A DNA stretch of 34,982 nt from Tepidimicrobium sp. GTDB lineage: Bacteria > Bacillota > Clostridia > Tissierellales > Tepidimicrobiaceae. The DNA lies in contig DUNJ01000189.1 in assembly GCA_012839395.1 (NCBI GenBank), positions 1-34,982 of the forward strand, given 5' to 3'. Below the pieces are notes generated by a model. It searched no databases and was not told the origin of the DNA. It was given only the letters and a program-made list of their open reading frames with translations. The position numbers and the translations under genes are program-made. Positions 34,871-34,982 of the stretch are shown one piece after another (position 1 is the first letter of the stretch; each line of letters starts with the position of its first letter).

Positions 34871-34920
34871 AGATGCCTAAATTTCTCTAGTCTAAAAAGA
34901 TTTTAGGATGTCTATTTTTT
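34871..34920 (+). terminator. Terminator-like hairpin in a leader at the window edge
   Basis: An extended -10 box TGCTATAAT (34855-34863) is followed by AGATGCCTAAA ... TTTAGGATGTCT (11 pairs including 2 G-U pairs, with 1 bulge) and then ATTTTTT. A possible ATG at 34973 follows. The element cannot be interpreted because the window is truncated. Confidence 0.3.
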
Positions 34921-34982
34921 AAGATGTTCCTAATATTATCTAAAAATACTATAAAGGCTGGTGAGCTTGCCCATGGATGCTA

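Noticed and set aside
1-34982. Looked for CRISPR arrays, tRNA/rRNA genes, IS elements/transposases, integrases, phage genes, toxin-antitoxin pairs and known defence systems
   Set aside because: I saw no regularly spaced direct repeats, no cloverleaf-like GC-rich segments in intergenic DNA, no transposase- or recombinase-like ORFs and no terminal inverted repeats. The only long DNA repeat is the intragenic LysM duplication.

Overview
This is an AT-rich, gene-dense chromosomal segment that looks like a low-GC, spore-forming Clostridia-type (Bacillota) genome. The signs are GGAGG-type ribosome binding sites, frequent GTG/TTG starts, mother-cell sigma-type promoters, ECF/BioY transport genes, type-2 IDI and a ddl-murF pair. 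I support about 32 protein-coding genes. By eye I found no rRNA, tRNA, CRISPR array, IS element or phage genes. Most of the content is housekeeping or accessory metabolism: bioY/birA with a dual BirA operator, fni, a 3-methyladenine glycosylase, an MCP, hom plus an ACT protein, ddl-murF, two MATE exporters and a COG2984-type ABC importer. No classical defence or mobile system is visible. Seven loci deserve a second look. (1) An XRE-cupin/HutP-family gene pair lies directly upstream of an ABC importer whose leader carries five GGUAG repeats. (2) A 432-bp ORF-free region lies upstream of ddl and contains two promoter-plus-terminator units, which may be sRNAs or attenuators. (3) Two paralogous, signal-peptide-less, cysteine-bracketed LysM-repeat proteins have conserved sigmaK/E-like promoters and a recent 183-bp intragenic duplication. 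(4) A split permease with a C-terminal ferredoxin fusion has a start codon that overlaps head-to-head with a Crp/Fnr-hemerythrin-DUF438 operon. (5) An orphan GlnL/YcbB-type response regulator sits next to an AGCS symporter and is preceded by about 460 bp of unexplained non-coding DNA. (6) A P-II-like protein is paired with a single DUF1538 gene. (7) An FNR-like regulator carries an N-terminal Cys cluster. All functional calls come from by-eye motif recognition in the supplied translations; no database search was run.
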